Assembly (NCBI RefSeq): GCF_009914755.1
Contig: NC_060934.1
Strand: one strand, 5' to 3'
Length of the DNA: 64,000 nucleotides
Source: the human T2T-CHM13v2.0 reference genome, Homo sapiens
Under the pieces are notes generated by a model, which made no database searches, was not told where the DNA came from, and saw nothing but the letters and a program-made list of their open reading frames with translations. Positions within the stretch are counted from its first letter, which is position 1, and each line of letters starts with the position of its first letter. This document shows positions 1 through 18,554 of the stretch, piece after piece. Position numbers and translations under genes: made by a program.

Positions 1-182
1 CCAAGAGACTTTCCCCCACTCCTTCTGGGCCCGAGCTGTCTTATCTGTGTTTTGCTATCTGCCCTTTCTGGCTTTTTCTTGTTAGAAGAGAAGTGATTTC
101 CTTGAAACGCATGAGGGTAGAAAGGGAGCTAGAACTTAAAATGGCAGTGTTTTTCCAAGAAGACAGTGCTCCTGCTCTGTCA
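1..182 (-). mobile_element. ERV1-class LTR, 5' end (continues left of the window)
   Basis: The minus strand begins TGACAGAGCAGGAGCACTGTCTTCTTGG..., an LTR-type TG start resembling MER4-group ERV1 LTRs. Subfamily not determined. Confidence 0.55.
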
Positions 183-600
183 GTTTGGATCTGCATCCCC
201 ACCAAATCTCATGTTGAATTGTAATCCCCAGGGTTGGAGGTGGGGCCTGGTAGGAGGTGACTGTACCATAGGGGCAGATTTCCCATGAATGCCTTAGCAC
301 CATCCCCCTCGATACTGTCCTCATGATAGTCAGCGAGTTCTTGTGAGATCTAGTTGTTTAAAAGTGTGTGGTACCCACCCCCATCCCCTGCTCCTGCTCC
401 GGCCATTTAAGACGCATCTGCTCCCCCTTTGCCTTCCACCCTGATTGGAAGCTTCCCAAGGCCTCCCCAGAAGCCGAGCAGATGCCAGCATCATGCTTCC
501 TGTACAGCCTGCAGAACCATGAGCCAATTAAACCTGTTTTACTCATAAATTACCCAGTCTCAGGTATTTCTTTATAGTGATGCAAGAACAGACAAATACA
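183..600 (+). mobile_element. MaLR LTR (MSTA/MSTB-like)
   Basis: GTTTGGATCTG...AAATCTCATGTTGAATTGTAATCCCCA start and GAGCCAATTAAACCT...CCCAGTCTCAGGTATTTCTTTATAG...AATACA end, typical of MST LTRs. Confidence 0.85.
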
Positions 601-1006
601 GGGGATAAAACACTAGAAAGAATGGGGATGAATGGAAAATGGAGATCTATGACGAAGAAAAATAAAGTGTGTGGTGGTTACAGTTGAAAATAAAAAAAGA
701 AAATGGGTGTAATGTTTGGAGGGGAGGCGTGCAGTGGAGGTGAAGGTGGAAAGGTGGGCTACGGGGCCATTTCAAGGCAGGATTATAAGGTGGGCACCTG
801 AGACAATCAGCCAATGACTGCCATTAGAGGGGCTGTAACAGCTCTTGCCTTCAAGAAAGATGGGATTCAAAAGATGGCTTAAATAAATACAAAAATATAT
901 AAAATAAAGTAGACTATTAAACATAATAAGAGAAGTTCAAATAAATCATGGTGGGATCACACAAAAAGGACGTCATGGCATTCAACATTCTGTCCCTTAT
1001 CTCTGA

Positions 1007-1339
<333 letters not shown>

Positions 1340-1969
1340 TTGGGGGTTCTTTAGTAGAAAGTTACCATGTAAATATATTAAATTACTAAACATCTTCAGC
1401 AATCAAAAGAAAATCATGTTATGTTTGATAGCAGAAACTTACCCTGATTTAGGGTCTATTTATAATATTAAATTTATACATTTAGAAACACTTTATCTCA
1501 TTTTTTTTTTTTGCCTCAAAATCTCTGTTGGTTAAGTAAAGTATGATCTTTATTTTGCAAATGACTGGCCTAATATTATACCTCTTTAAGTGACAAAGCC
1601 ATTTTCTACTTCTCTTTTTTTCAGTCTTGTGTGTTTTTCTAGATCATTGTTGGCATGCTAAAATCTGGTATTTTCTAGGATGAATCAGTAGCTTTTTTTT
1701 ATTGTAAAGAGTAGAAACTCTGGCCCTATTTTAACTAATCTTTTCAGTGGTAGGAGGATGAAACAGAAATAAAATATATTGAGGATGGTAAGTAAGAATT
1801 ATAAGGAATTGGCATTTGGCACTGGTCGTTTCTAAGGAGATTAAAAAGGCATAAACATTAACGAAATGTGATGAACTATTCAGCTCCTAGCATCGTAAAT
1901 GCTAAATAAATGTTTGTTGAAATAATGAAAGAACGGATGGATGAACTGTAAAAACACAGAAATGAATAT

Positions 1970-2130
1970 AATGATATCTAAAATTATTGAGTATTTACCA
2001 TATGCCAGGCACTGTTTTAGCCCACTACATGCATCTCATTTTAATCAACACGCTAATTCTCTTACACAGGTACTGCTGTTATTTCCCATTCTGCAGATGA
2101 AGAAACTGAAGTACAGAAAGATTAAGTAAT
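1970..2130 (-). mobile_element. MIR fragment
   Basis: CCCATTCTGCAGATGAAGAAACTGAAG matches the MIR core. Confidence 0.7.
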
Positions 2131-2654
2131 TATAGTACTGAGGCCCTGTCCCATTTATAACACTGCAGCAAGTTCCTGATTTCATAAGAGCCCTGTGGCA
2201 AGTTACTCAATTTCATAATGCAACTAGCCAGCCATACTCTTCCTAAGCCAGCCAAGCCCAAGCCCATCAATTGGTTGCTTCTGTTTGTGCTGCCACTTGT
2301 GGCTGAGTGGACCTGCTCTTGTTCCCTTACCCTTCCACCATCTCTTTCAGCTCTATTTGTGACTTCTTATTCCAAAGGCTGTTGGCACCACTTGGCAACA
2401 CACCTCTTCAGCCCTAACTGGAGATAAGAATAGGTGGGAAAGGGGCTATTAATTTCAAACATAACATGGAGATCCAGGACTTGGGTTCCAGGCTTCCAGT
2501 TCTGCCTTGACTCTCACCTCTGCTTTCTTACCCTTGAAAGCCAAAGCAAAATTCTCTGCGTCTTCTGGCCAGCCATCCTATATTTTATTGACTCTATGAC
2601 AGCCATTCATTCAGAGATTCTGATGTAATTGCTCTGGTATAAAAAAAGTGCACC

Positions 2655-3096
2655 CTGTTCACAATAGCAAAGACTTGGAACCAACCCAAATGCCCATCAA
2701 TGATAGACTGGATAAAGAAAATGTGGCACATGTATACCATGGAATACTATGCAGCTGTAAAAAATGATGAGTTCATGTCCTTTGCAGGGACATAGATGAA
2801 GTTGGAAACCATTATTCTCAGCAAACTAACACAGGGACAGAAAACCAAACACTGCATGTTCTCACTCATAAGTGGGAGTTGAGCATTGAGAACACATAGA
2901 TACAAGGAGGGGAACGTCACACACTGGGGCCTGTCGGAGGGTGGGGGGCTGGGGGAGGGATAGCATTAGGAGAAATACCTAATGTAGATGACAGGTTGAT
3001 GGGAGCAGCAAACCACCATGGCACGTGTATACCTGTATAACAAACCTGCACATTCTGCATATGTACCCCAGAAATTAAAGTATAATTTAAAAAAAA
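2655..3096 (+). mobile_element. 5'-truncated L1PA (3' end) with 14-bp TSD
   Basis: L1 ORF2 end and 3'UTR motifs (CAATAGCAAAGACTTGGAACCAACCC...CATGTTCTCACTCATAAGTGGGAG). TSD AAAAAAAGTGCACC at 2641-2654 and 3090-3103. Confidence 0.93.
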
Positions 3097-3406
3097 GTGC
3101 ACCATTAAAAAAATTCACCACTAAGAAGGAAAAATAAACATTCTCAATTATAACTGCGTGATGTCATCAACTGAAAAAATATGTCCCCTTTTCAGAGAAG
3201 TTAAAACTGAAAAAAAAAGTCACGTTAAACTGGGTGAAATGTGGTCTTTAACGGTGTCTTGATAGATATTTCTAACACGTGGGGGACATTCATAGCCAGC
3301 TTTTCCCATGGCCATTACTACTGCCACTTGCAATGTTCTCAATGTTCTGTCCCTCCTTTTGGAACGTGCTGTCAATTGTAGCAGCTGTAGTTATAAGTAG
3401 TTATAA

Positions 3407-3702
<296 letters not shown>

Positions 3703-4489
3703 AGTGGTGCTCTTTTTGATGCAAACCTGTGAAGATTGTATATTTTGGATGTGATGGCTAACACAGAAGGATGCAGTGGCAGAGGATGCTAAAGAGTGGA
3801 TACAATAGGAAGAGTATGGAATATATCAGAGGATAAGATGTTTAGGGAGGGGGTGCATGTGTCTTTTTAACCACTATGATATAGAATATTTCCATTTCCC
3901 TCCTCCTCCAAAAAATGCTCCTTCGTGACCCTCTGCAGTCAATTCCCAGCCCAAGCCCCAGCTCCTGGCAGTCACTAATCTTTCTATCACTATATTTTTA
4001 ATGCTCCTGAAATTTCATATAAACGGAATCATGTAGTATATAGTATTCTGTGTCTGGAATACTTCACTTAACATACTGTTTTGGGACTTTCCAGGTTGTT
4101 GCATATATCAGCTGTTCATTCCTTCTTTATTTCAGAATACAGTTCCTTTGAATGAATGATACTATGGTGCATTTATCCATTCATTAGTTGACATGTATAT
4201 TTGGGTTGTTTCTCCAACCCAACAAGGAAACATTCAGTCTTTCACCATTACATATGATGGTGACTGTAGGTTTTTGGTAAATGCTCTTTCCTACTTTGCT
4301 GCAAGTTTTTATCATGAATGAGTGTTGGATTTTGTCAAATGCTTTTTGTGTGTGTGTCAACTAAGATGGTCACATGATTTTTTTTTTGTTAGCCAGTTGA
4401 TACAGTGGATTACATTGATAAATTTTTAATTAATCAATTTTTGTTTGTTGAGCCACTCTTGCATATCTGGAACAAGTTCTACTTTATGT

Positions 4490-6262
<1,773 letters not shown>

Positions 6263-6520
6263 ATCCTACCTTTTCATGGTGTATAATGATTTTTATACAT
6301 TGTTGGATTCAAGTTGCTAATATTCGGTTGAGGAATTTTGTGTCTAAGTTCATAAGTGATATTGGTCTATAGTTTTATTTTTCTGTAATGTGTTTGTTAG
6401 GTTTTGGTTTCTGGGAAACTGGCCTCATAAAAATTAGTTGGGAAGTACTCCCTCTTATATTTTCTGGAAGAACTGCAAAATTGGTGTTACTACTTTAAAT
6501 ATATGATAAGTCTCCAGTGA

Positions 6521-6733
<213 letters not shown>

Positions 6734-6756
6734 TAGTTCAAAATACTTACTAATTT

Positions 6757-6961
6757 CCAGCCTGGGCAATGTGACGAAACCCTATCTCTACAAAAAATAA
6801 AAACAAAATGAGCCGAGTGTGGTGGCACATGACCATGGCACAAGCTATTTTGGGGACTAAGGTGTGAGGATCACTTGAGCTCAGGAGGTGGAGGCTGCAG
6901 CAAGCCATGATCATGCCACTGCACTCCAGCCTGGGTGACAGCAAGACCCTGTCTAAAAAAA
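6757..6961 (+). mobile_element. 5'-truncated AluJ
   Basis: AluJ-like sequence. TSD ACTT(A/G)CTAATTTCC on both sides. Confidence 0.85.
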
Positions 6962-7540
6962 TGAAACTTGCTAATTTCCCTTGTGATTACTTTTTTGATC
7001 CTATGGATTATTTGTAACCGTACTGTTTAATTTCCAAATACTGGAGTTTTCTAGATATTTTTCTGCTATTTCTAGTTTAATTCATTGTTGTCAAAGAACA
7101 TACACCGTATATTTTTAATTATTTGAAATTTATTGAGAATTGTTTAATGCTTCAGAATATGATCTTAGTGCATGTTCCAAATGGACTTTAAAAAGAGTAT
7201 GTATTCTGATGTTTGGGGCAGAATGTTATATAAATTTCAATTGGGTCATGCTAATTGATAATGTACAAGTCTTATATATCCTTGCTGATTTTCTGTCCAC
7301 TTGTTCTCTCAATTACTGATAGTGATGTGTGGAAATCTCCACCTATAAGTGTAGACTTGTTTACTTGTCCTTTGAGATCTAACATCTTTTGCTTCATGCA
7401 TTTTGACGCTATGTTAATACTCATTTGAGATTGTGATGTCCTCTTGGTGCAGTGACATTTTTATCATTATGAAATGTTCTTCTTTCTCCCTATTAATGTT
7501 CCTTATTCAGAATTTTGCTTTGTCTAATTAACATAGTCAC

Positions 7541-7900
7541 TGCTATGATCTGAATGTTTGTAGTCTCTCAAAATTCATATGTTGAAACTTAACCCCCAAA
7601 GTGATGGTATTAATAAGTGGGGGCTTTGGGAGGTGATTTTTTTTTTGAAAGAACTCTGCCCTCACGAATAGGATCAGTGCCTTCATAAAAGGCTTGACCC
7701 TTATAAAAGAGGCCAGGCTTACCCCTTTTGCCATGTGAGGACACAGCACGAAGCTGTCATCTATGAGGAACAGGCTCTCACCAGACACCAAATCTGCTGG
7801 CATCTTGATCTTGGGCTTCCCAGCGTCAGAACTATAAACTATTGTTTATAAATCACCCAGCCTAAGATATTTTTTACGGCAACTCAACCAGACTAAGACA
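7541..7900 (+). mobile_element. MaLR LTR (MST/MLT1A-like)
   Basis: TGCTATGATCTGAATGTTTG...AAAATTCATATGTTGAAAC start and GACTAAGACA end. Confidence 0.85.
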
Positions 7901-7995
7901 GGTAGTTTCATTTCTTTTTATTAATGGTTGCATGGGAATATCATTTCCCATCCTTTACCTCTAACTTTATATTTAAAGTGAGATTCTTGCAGTGA

Positions 7996-8605
<610 letters not shown>

Positions 8606-9359
8606 TGAAGAACTTTCTTTGATACTCTTTATAGTACAGGTTTACTGGTGATGAATTCTCTCAACCTTTGTCTGAAAAAAACCTTCAGTTTACTTTCATT
8701 TTTGATATTTTTGCAGAGTATAGAATCCTAGGTTGACAGTTTTTGTCCCCTAATACTTAAAAAATGTCACTTCTTTGTCCTCTGGCCTGCGTGGTTTCTG
8801 ATAGGAAATGTGTAGTCATTTTTTTCTTTTTTTTTCTTTATATAATAATTTTTGTGAGCAGCTTTTAACACATGTTCTTTAGTCGCTGCTTCTCAGAAAT
8901 TTGACTGTGATCTACCTTGGTGCAGTTTTTTGCCGGGGTCCATGAACTTTTGGGATCTGAGTGTCTTCTAGTTTCCATCAAACTTGAGAAATATTTGGCC
9001 ATTAATTCTTGACATATCTCCAGACCTATAACCTTTCTGGGCTCCATTACAGACACGTTAAACTGCTTGATACTATGCCATGGGTCACTGATGCTGGCTT
9101 CACGTTAAAAAAATCTCTCTCTCTTTCTTCGAATCATTTTTACTGTCTCCAAGTTCACCAGTATTTTCTTCTGCTGTGCCTTATCTGCTGTTAATGCTGT
9201 CCAGAGTATTCTTTATTTCAGATATTGTGTTTTTCATCTCTAGAGGTTCCATTTGGGTTTTGTTTTCTTCCATCTCTCTCTTAATTACGTTTATGTGTAT
9301 TCACATTAAACATAAAACACTATATTTATCATTTATTGTCTAGAGAATGCATTCTCTGC

Positions 9360-9495
9360 ATTCTTTTCTTTCCCTTCCTTCCTTCCTTCATTCCTTCTTT
9401 CCTTCCTCTCTCTCTCTCATCCCTCCTTCCCTCCTTCCCTCCCTCCCTTCCTTCCTTTCTTTCTTCCTTCCTTTCTCTCTTTCTCTCTTTCTTTC
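9360..9495. repeat. CT-rich (TTCC/TCCC/TTTC) low-complexity polypyrimidine tract
   Basis: Seen directly in the sequence. Confidence 0.9.
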
Positions 9496-9953
9496 CAGTG
9501 CCTCTCTCTCCTTTCCAGTATTCTGCTCCATGGATTTCACCTCTTCAATCTCCCAGAACCGCAATTTCTTTTTCCTCTACTCAGTGAGGCAAGTGGGTTC
9601 TGTTGGGGTTTCTCCTTCCTGTGCTGTATCCTGGAAACTGCCTCCAGAATTCCAAGAATCCAGGAATCCATGAGGTAGGGCTCACTTTATGTGTTTTCTC
9701 TTCTCTCCATGAAGAGAAGAGAAGCTCTTTACTGCTGGTTATCAAATGTGTGAGAAATAGTTGTTTTATATACTTTGTCTGTTTTTTTTTGTAGTTGTTT
9801 ATGGTAGGAGAGCAGTTCTTATGGCAGTTAGCCTTCTAGCTCAGAAGCAAAAACTCACTATGCTTTTCCATGATTTTTATGACTATTATTGGAAATTTAT
9901 ACTTCCATATGATCTTGAAGACCAGTTTCTTCTATTACAAAACCCTGTACCAT

Positions 9954-10560
<607 letters not shown>

Positions 10561-11162
10561 ATCTGGACTTTTTTGTTCTTTATTTCTAAGATTTTGTACT
10601 TTTTAAATGTAACATTTTCCTATTTCCACTTCTATCTCATTATTGCATGCACAGAAAAAACATCAATTTTAAACTTATTTTGAATTTAGCTATATTACAT
10701 TTCCTTGTTAATTCTAGTTTTTAAAAAGTCAATGGCTTGTAGGGTTTTCTTGGAAAATGATTGAATCATTGGCAGAATGCAATAACGTTATCTCCGTTTT
10801 TCCAATATTTATATTTACTCTTAATTTTTTCTTATTTCTCTCACAGAACATCTAAAACAAGATTGAATTATTATGATGACAGTGATGATCCACATCTTAT
10901 TGTTTTAGTATTTCACCATTTAGAATCGTGTCTACTATTGAATATTATTAAGTAATCTTATCATATTTAAATAATTTCCCTATATTTATTTTACTCAGAG
11001 TTTTTTATTATTATTATTATTGTTAGTAATGACCCCTACATTGTATTAAATGCCTTCTCAGGGTTTTTTAAAAATATAATTCTTTATTTTTCCTCTTGCA
11101 ATTTGTTGATGTAGTTAATTATTTAGGTACATTTCCTTGGAATAAACCCTACTTAGTCATAG

Positions 11163-11479
<317 letters not shown>

Positions 11480-12210
11480 CATAGTGTGTTTTTTAATGCA
11501 CTGCTAAATTCTATTTGCTAATATTTTAGGCACAAGTTTTCAATCTATGTTCATAAATGCAATGAGAATGTATATATGTTTTTCCATTGGTCCTTTTTCA
11601 GGCTTCAGTATGAAGTTTATCATGGCTTCATAAAATGCCCTGGAGAGCTTTCCAAATTTTTCTGTAGTCTAGAATAATTTTAGAGCGGCAGTTCTCAAAA
11701 GTGCGGTCCATTGAGGGGATTGGTGAGGTCAAAGCTATTTTTACAATAACGCTAACATTATGTGCCCTTTTCACTATGTTGACATTTGCACTGGAGGTAC
11801 AAAAACAACAGTCAGTGTGCTGGTAACATTAGCATGAACCAAAACACCAGCATGAAACCTTACCAGCCGTCATAGTCTTCACTGCCATATACCCATGAAA
11901 GAAAAATTAAAAAAAAAGGCCAGTTTCACTTAAACATATTTTCAATAAAGCAGTAGAAATTATTAATTTTATTAAATCTTGACACTTGAATAAGCATCTT
12001 TTTAATATTCTGTGTGATGAAACAGGAAGTACACAGAAAGCAACCTGCTGCATACAGAAGTATGATGGTTGGCTTTAGAAAAAGCATTGTGCAATTGAAT
12101 TGCAAACTGAACTAGCTTTTTTTCCCCATGGAATATTTCTTTTACTAGAAAGAATAAGCAATAGACAAACTATGGTTCTTCAGAGTTGGGTATCTGGTGG
12201 ACATTTTTTT

Positions 12211-12848
12211 TCTTTTTATGACATCTCACTTGTGTGTGTGTGTGTGTGATTTTTTTCTTTTTTTTTTATACTTTAAGTTCTGCGATACGTGTGTAGAACG
12301 TGCAGGTTTGTGACATAGGTATACGCATGCCATGGTGGTTTGCTGCACCCATCAACCCATCACTTACATTAGGTATTTCTCCTCCCCTAGCCCTCCACCC
12401 CCTGCAGGCCCCGGTGTGTAATGTTCCCCTCCCTGTGTCCATGTGTTCTCATTGTTCAACTCCCACTTATGAGTGAGAACATGTGGTGTTTGGTTTTCTG
12501 ATCTTGTGATAGCTTGCTGAGAATGAGGGTTTCCAGTTTCATCCATGTCCCTGCAAAGGACGTGAACTCATCCTTTCTTATGGCTGCATAGCATTCCGTG
12601 GTGTATATGTGCCACATTTTCTTAATCCAGTCTATCACTGATGGACATTTGGGTTGGTTCCAAGTCTCTGCTATTGTGAATAGTGCTGCAATAAACATAC
12701 ATGTGCATGTGTCTTTATTGTAGAATGATTTATAATCCTTTGGGTATATACCCAGTAATGGGATTGCCGGGTCAAATGGTATTTCTAGTTCTAGATCCTT
12801 GAAGAATCGCCACGCTGTTTTCCACAATGGTTGAACTAATTTATACTC
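12211..12848 (-). mobile_element. 5'-truncated L1PA with 18-bp TSD
   Basis: ORF 12456-12905 is the L1 ORF2 C-terminus (LVQPLWK...PFDPAIPLLGIYPK). TSD TCTGGTGGACATTTTTTT at 12193-12210 and 12849-12866. Confidence 0.93.
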
Positions 12849-13020
12849 TCTGGTGGACATTTTTTTGCAAATGAACAAAGTGAGCCTGTCATTTGAGGAA
12901 AACACCAGACAATATTTGTTGCTAGTGATAAAAGTGAGCTTTCAGTAAAAATTAGCATTTTGGAAAGTTGCACCTGTCACCATGAGCTTGATGTCTGCCC
13001 AGGGATTAAAAGGCTTTTCT

Positions 13021-13310
13021 GGCCAGGTGTGGTGGCTCACGCCTGTAATCCTGGCACTTTGGGAGGCCGAGGCAGGTGGATCACTTGAGGTCAGGAGTTC
13101 GAAACCAGTCTGGCCAACATGGTGAAACCCTGTCTCTACTAAAAATACAAAAATTAGCCGGGCGTGATGGCACACACCTGTAATGCCAGCTACTTGGGAG
13201 GCTGAGGGAGGAGAATCGCTTGATCCTGAAGGGCAGAGGTTGCCATGAGCCAAGATCACTCCAGCCTGACGACAGAGCAAGACTCTGTCTCAAAACAAAA
13301 CAACAAAAAA
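13021..13310 (+). mobile_element. Alu (AluS)
   Basis: Full Alu inside the Charlie element. Confidence 0.95.
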
Positions 13311-14178
13311 GACTTTTTTTCTGATGAGAGGGAGGAGGTGGTATTAATGAATGTGATTTTTAAAATACTGTGTAATAAAATGTGTCAACATTTGGAAGAT
13401 CTGTATACATCACTGAACTTATACTTTCCAAATGACCAATGGATTCTGCTACAAAATCACGTATGAGTAAAAGATCCATCCAAAATTCAAGATAGACCAG
13501 TGAATTTTAATGTTTCAGATTCCACGTTGCAACTAACTCTTAAAAAACGACTGCTACTCAAGGTTGGAGGTAATATCAAAGAAGAATTTCCATGAGAATT
13601 AAGATACTTTTCCCTGTTCCAACTATGTATCTCTGTGAGGCTAGATTTTCCTTATATGCTTCAACCAATATAATATACTGCAATAGATCGAATGGAGAAG
13701 TAGATAGGAGAATCCTGTGTTCTTCCACTAAGCTAGACATTAAGGAAGTTTGCAACAGTGTAAAATAATGCTACTTTTCTCATTAAATTTTTTGAAACTA
13801 TAATTGCTTTTGACAAAAACATGTTGTTTGTATTAATATATAAAGTGTTCATTATATGATTTTAAGTGAATTAATTTTTTAAAATTTCTGTTTTTATTTC
13901 TAGTATGACAAATATCAAGAGCTATAACCCACACAAAGCTTTTTGGGGGTCCTCAAGAATTTTTAAAAATGGAAAGGGGTTCTGAGACCAAAAAGTTTGA
14001 GAATAACTTGCTCAAATCATGTTAGAGTATTTCTTCTTCAAAGGCTGCATAGATCTCAATAGGAAAACATCTGGATCTGGCGCCTTTATAAGTGGGGTCT
14101 ACAATCACTTTGCTTTCTCTCTGTTCCATTTGCTTATTAAAGTTTTCTACTCTTTCTTGGTTAATTGTGGTAACTTAG

Positions 14179-14602
<424 letters not shown>

Positions 14603-14939
14603 TCCTTTCTTAATCTAATCTTGAATTTTTTCTCTTTTTCTCTTGACCTCCCTCTTTAATTCATTTTATTTCGAATATACCACTAATAAAACAGTATAAA
14701 AGATTTGGGAGAAAGAGAATAGAAGGACAGATAACAGCAGACAAGAAATGGCATGGAACAAGAAAAGGGCACTGGCTATGGTATATGGGCTGCCCCCCCA
14801 TCCGATTACTGTGAATGTTCAAGAAAAGAAGATGGCACTGGTGGTTGTCAGCTGGTGTCAGTCTCAGCCTGGGCATCACAGGGCTGACTGATATTTGCAG
14901 ATCTACCAGGATCCAAGATCTTCTCAACTTTTAACATTC

Positions 14940-15246
<307 letters not shown>

Positions 15247-15419
15247 TAACACTCTTAAATTCAATTCTGTTGGTGTTACCAGACTTGGACCAGGCCAGGG
15301 AGCAACTCTCATTAACGATATCCACAAAAATAACTGATGTAAAAACTAGAATACCAATTTAAAATTCCCTACCAAACGGATAAGCGTATACCCATGAGTC
15401 CAGAACAAAACATTTCTTT

Positions 15420-15830
15420 ACTTTGTGAGCAAATGGTTCTGTTTCTTTGGGAATCCTCTTGGAGATGCATCTGTAAGGAAATGAGGAAGGCTGGGTTTGG
15501 CAGAGGGAGAAGCTGGACTGCAAAGAAGTTGCAGCTGAGACCTTCTGTCATGCTCCTGGGGCAAGCTCTGGAGCTAGATAGAATGACCCTTTAGAGTTGA
15601 GTTGAGGCAATGGAGTTGGGCTTTTGAATCTCTACATCAGTCATTGGTTTGGGATGCCCCTTGAAGCAGTGGTAACCCTGGCTGAGGTGGGTCCCTGCAG
15701 CTGAGACTGGTCCCTGTGGCCGAGACTGGTCCCTGTCGCCTGGGGTCATGCCAGTGCAGGGTGTAGCTGTGTGCCCTCAGCAACCCTTGTTCCCTGCAGA
15801 TGAGGGACAGGTGGGTTGGCCTGAAGAGAA
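15420..15830. mobile_element. Degenerate MLT1-like LTR fragment
   Basis: Old MaLR-like motifs (GGCAGAGGGAGAAGCTGGACTGCA, CAGTCATTGG). Confidence 0.5.
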
Positions 15831-16614
15831 TATCTGGAGAGAACATCATAGTCCTCACTGTGGTGGTTGTAACATATTGGTTGTAAGGTGCATCCTGAAT
15901 TCAGAAACATTGAAATGTAAAAAAAAAGAGAGCACCTTAAAAATGCCAAAATATGGTAGTAGGCTTCAGTGGTATTTTTTGGGACAGGGATACAAGCCAG
16001 ACTCTAGGAAGAACCAGAGTAGAGAATTGGAGATCTGGGGGTGGGGGAGCAGGGATTATTCTTCACGGTTTACTCTTCATGTGTCTTCTTGCAACTCTAT
16101 TTCACTCTTTTTTCTTGATATTCCAAGTTTCTTTGCTAAACAATTTTCTGGTAATCATCCAACATGGGAGGTGGATCATGGTCAGTGCTGTGCTGGAAAT
16201 ATTTAAAATATCGCCTCTTGGGGGAAAAAAAGGTGTGCACATATATTCATATAATTTTTACTGACATAAAGCATGCAGAGGACACAATTTATAAATAATA
16301 ATAAACTGCACAATAATCTTTATTGTAAATTCCATATAGCCCATTGATTCTCCCAGAATGCTTTCATTGATTTTTGCAACACTCCAGCATTCCTAGCCAA
16401 CCTATGGCTATAATTGATGAACATGTCCAGCTCTGTCTGACATGAACGCTGGCTGATATTTTGGCTTCAATCAATGAATAAGACAAAAGTGAACAACGAA
16501 GATGTATGTCAGAACTTCACTTGTTTGTCAATGACAGGAGAGACTCAATTGAATCAGATGATAGTTTTCAAATACTAGAAGACTATTTCCTCAATTTTTT
16601 TGTCCTATTTACTA

Positions 16615-16963
<349 letters not shown>

Positions 16964-17203
16964 TCAAAGGACATTTGGCGATCCAGAGATTTTTTTTTTT
17001 TGGTTGTCACAACTAGGGAAGGGATGTGATTGGTGTCTAATGACATGAGGCCAGAAGCATCCCTCAGTAAGGAACTACGGGGCCCAAGGCTGAAAAACCC
17101 TGATCTGTATTGTGAACATTTTCTCCATAAACTTTAAAGTTTAGACACCCAACAAAACAATAGATCAACAGTTTGCCAATTTCTGTGGTGTAAATACTCC
17201 CAG

Positions 17204-17855
17204 TGTGATGGTTAACTTTCTGTGTCAACTTGACGGGCCTAAGGGATGCCCACCCAGATCCCCGGTAAAACATTATTTCTGGGTGTGTTTGCGAACATGT
17301 TTCTGGAAGATATTAGCATTTGAGTTGGTGGACTGAGTAATGCGTGGGCATCATCCAATTTGTTGAGGGCCAGGAGAGAAGAAGAAGGGTGGATTCTATC
17401 TCTCTTTTATTTATTTATTAATTTTATTTTTTGTAGAGATGGGGTCTTGCTATGTTGCCCAGGCTGGTCTTGAACACCTGGCCTCAACTGAGCCTCGGCC
17501 TCCCAAAATGTTGGGATTACAGGCATGAGCCACCATGCCTGGCCTGTCTCTCTCTTCTTGAGCTGGACATCGCCTTTTACTCCCCTTGGACATCAGAATT
17601 CCTGGTTCTTGGGCCTTCAGACTCTGGGACTTATGCTAGCCCAGCCAGCTCAACCTCCCACCTTCCTATTCTCAGGCCCCCAGACTCCAACTGAATTATG
17701 CCCCTGGCTTTCCAGGTTCTTCAGCTTGCAGAAGGCAGGATTGTGGGACTTCACAGCTTCCATAATTGCGTGAGCCAATTCCCATAATAAATCTCTTCTG
17801 ATAAATACCTATATATCCTAGCGGCTCTGTTTCTCTGGAGAACCCTGACTAATAC
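17204..17855 (+). mobile_element. ERVL LTR (MLT2-like) containing an Alu monomer at about 17404-17544
   Basis: TGTGATGGTTAACTTT...TGTCAACTTGAC start and TCTGTTTCTCTGGAGAACCCTGACTAATACA end. Confidence 0.85.
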
Positions 17856-18554
17856 AGTCACTGTGGTTGATTTCCAGTTGCCAAGGTGGGGTCCTCAAGC
17901 CTGGAACTGGTAAGAGGTCTGCAGGAGCCACCATTTTATAGTATTTCCACCACAAAGATACAACAGTCATAAATAACTCCAAGAGCATAAGAGTAAAAAT
18001 GTAGTAAAATAAGAATTAGGTTCTGTGTATTTATTAACTTCGTTTATAATATGATTTATTTGATTACAAGTAAACTCATTTGATTTTTAATAATTGCTAA
18101 GTTTGACAACTGACACAAAATTCTCAAAAATGTAACAATTGGCTCTTGTGGGACGGTATGCACCAGCCTGGCTGAAGTGGCTATCACTCTGGAATTCACA
18201 TTTTATATATCCTGAGTCTTGGAAGGATCCACTCCATTCCAATTTTAGTTTTCTAGGGAAGGGACTCTGATTGTCCCAGATTGGAGAAGTCATTCTCTGT
18301 GGTCTAACCCTACAAAGCAGTTTTGTAAAGGTGGCTGGATCTGGAGGGAGCCTGCTCCCTTGCCATTAGGAAATTCCCAGAAGCAGCATTACTGGGAGTG
18401 GACGGGTGCCCTTTGAGGTGCCTGTGACCGTGCTGCAGACACCACCGACCAGCCTTCCCGCTCTGCTCCAATTCTGAAGACTTGTGCAGACTGCATTTCA
18501 GACTGCAAATGCACTTCTTCCCCCGCAGGAGATGACAAAATAATATATTAGGTC

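Larger units (their letters stand above)
11688..14005 (+). mobile_element. hAT-Charlie DNA transposon (Charlie1-family), interrupted by L1 and Alu
   Basis: CAGTTCTCAAAAGTGCGGTCC start and GAGACCAAAAAGTTTGAGAA end, with Charlie1-like internal motifs. Confidence 0.75.

Noticed and set aside
9336-9673. Leu/Ser/Phe/Pro-rich ORFs
   Set aside because: Translation of a CT-rich simple repeat.
12456-12905. 149-aa ORF resembling a real protein
   Set aside because: It is the C-terminal remnant of L1 ORF2 in a 5'-truncated copy.
15703-15740. 19-bp tandem duplication GAGACTGGTCCCTGT(G/C)GCC
   Set aside because: Two-copy slippage duplication inside a decayed LTR. It has no spacers and is not CRISPR-like.
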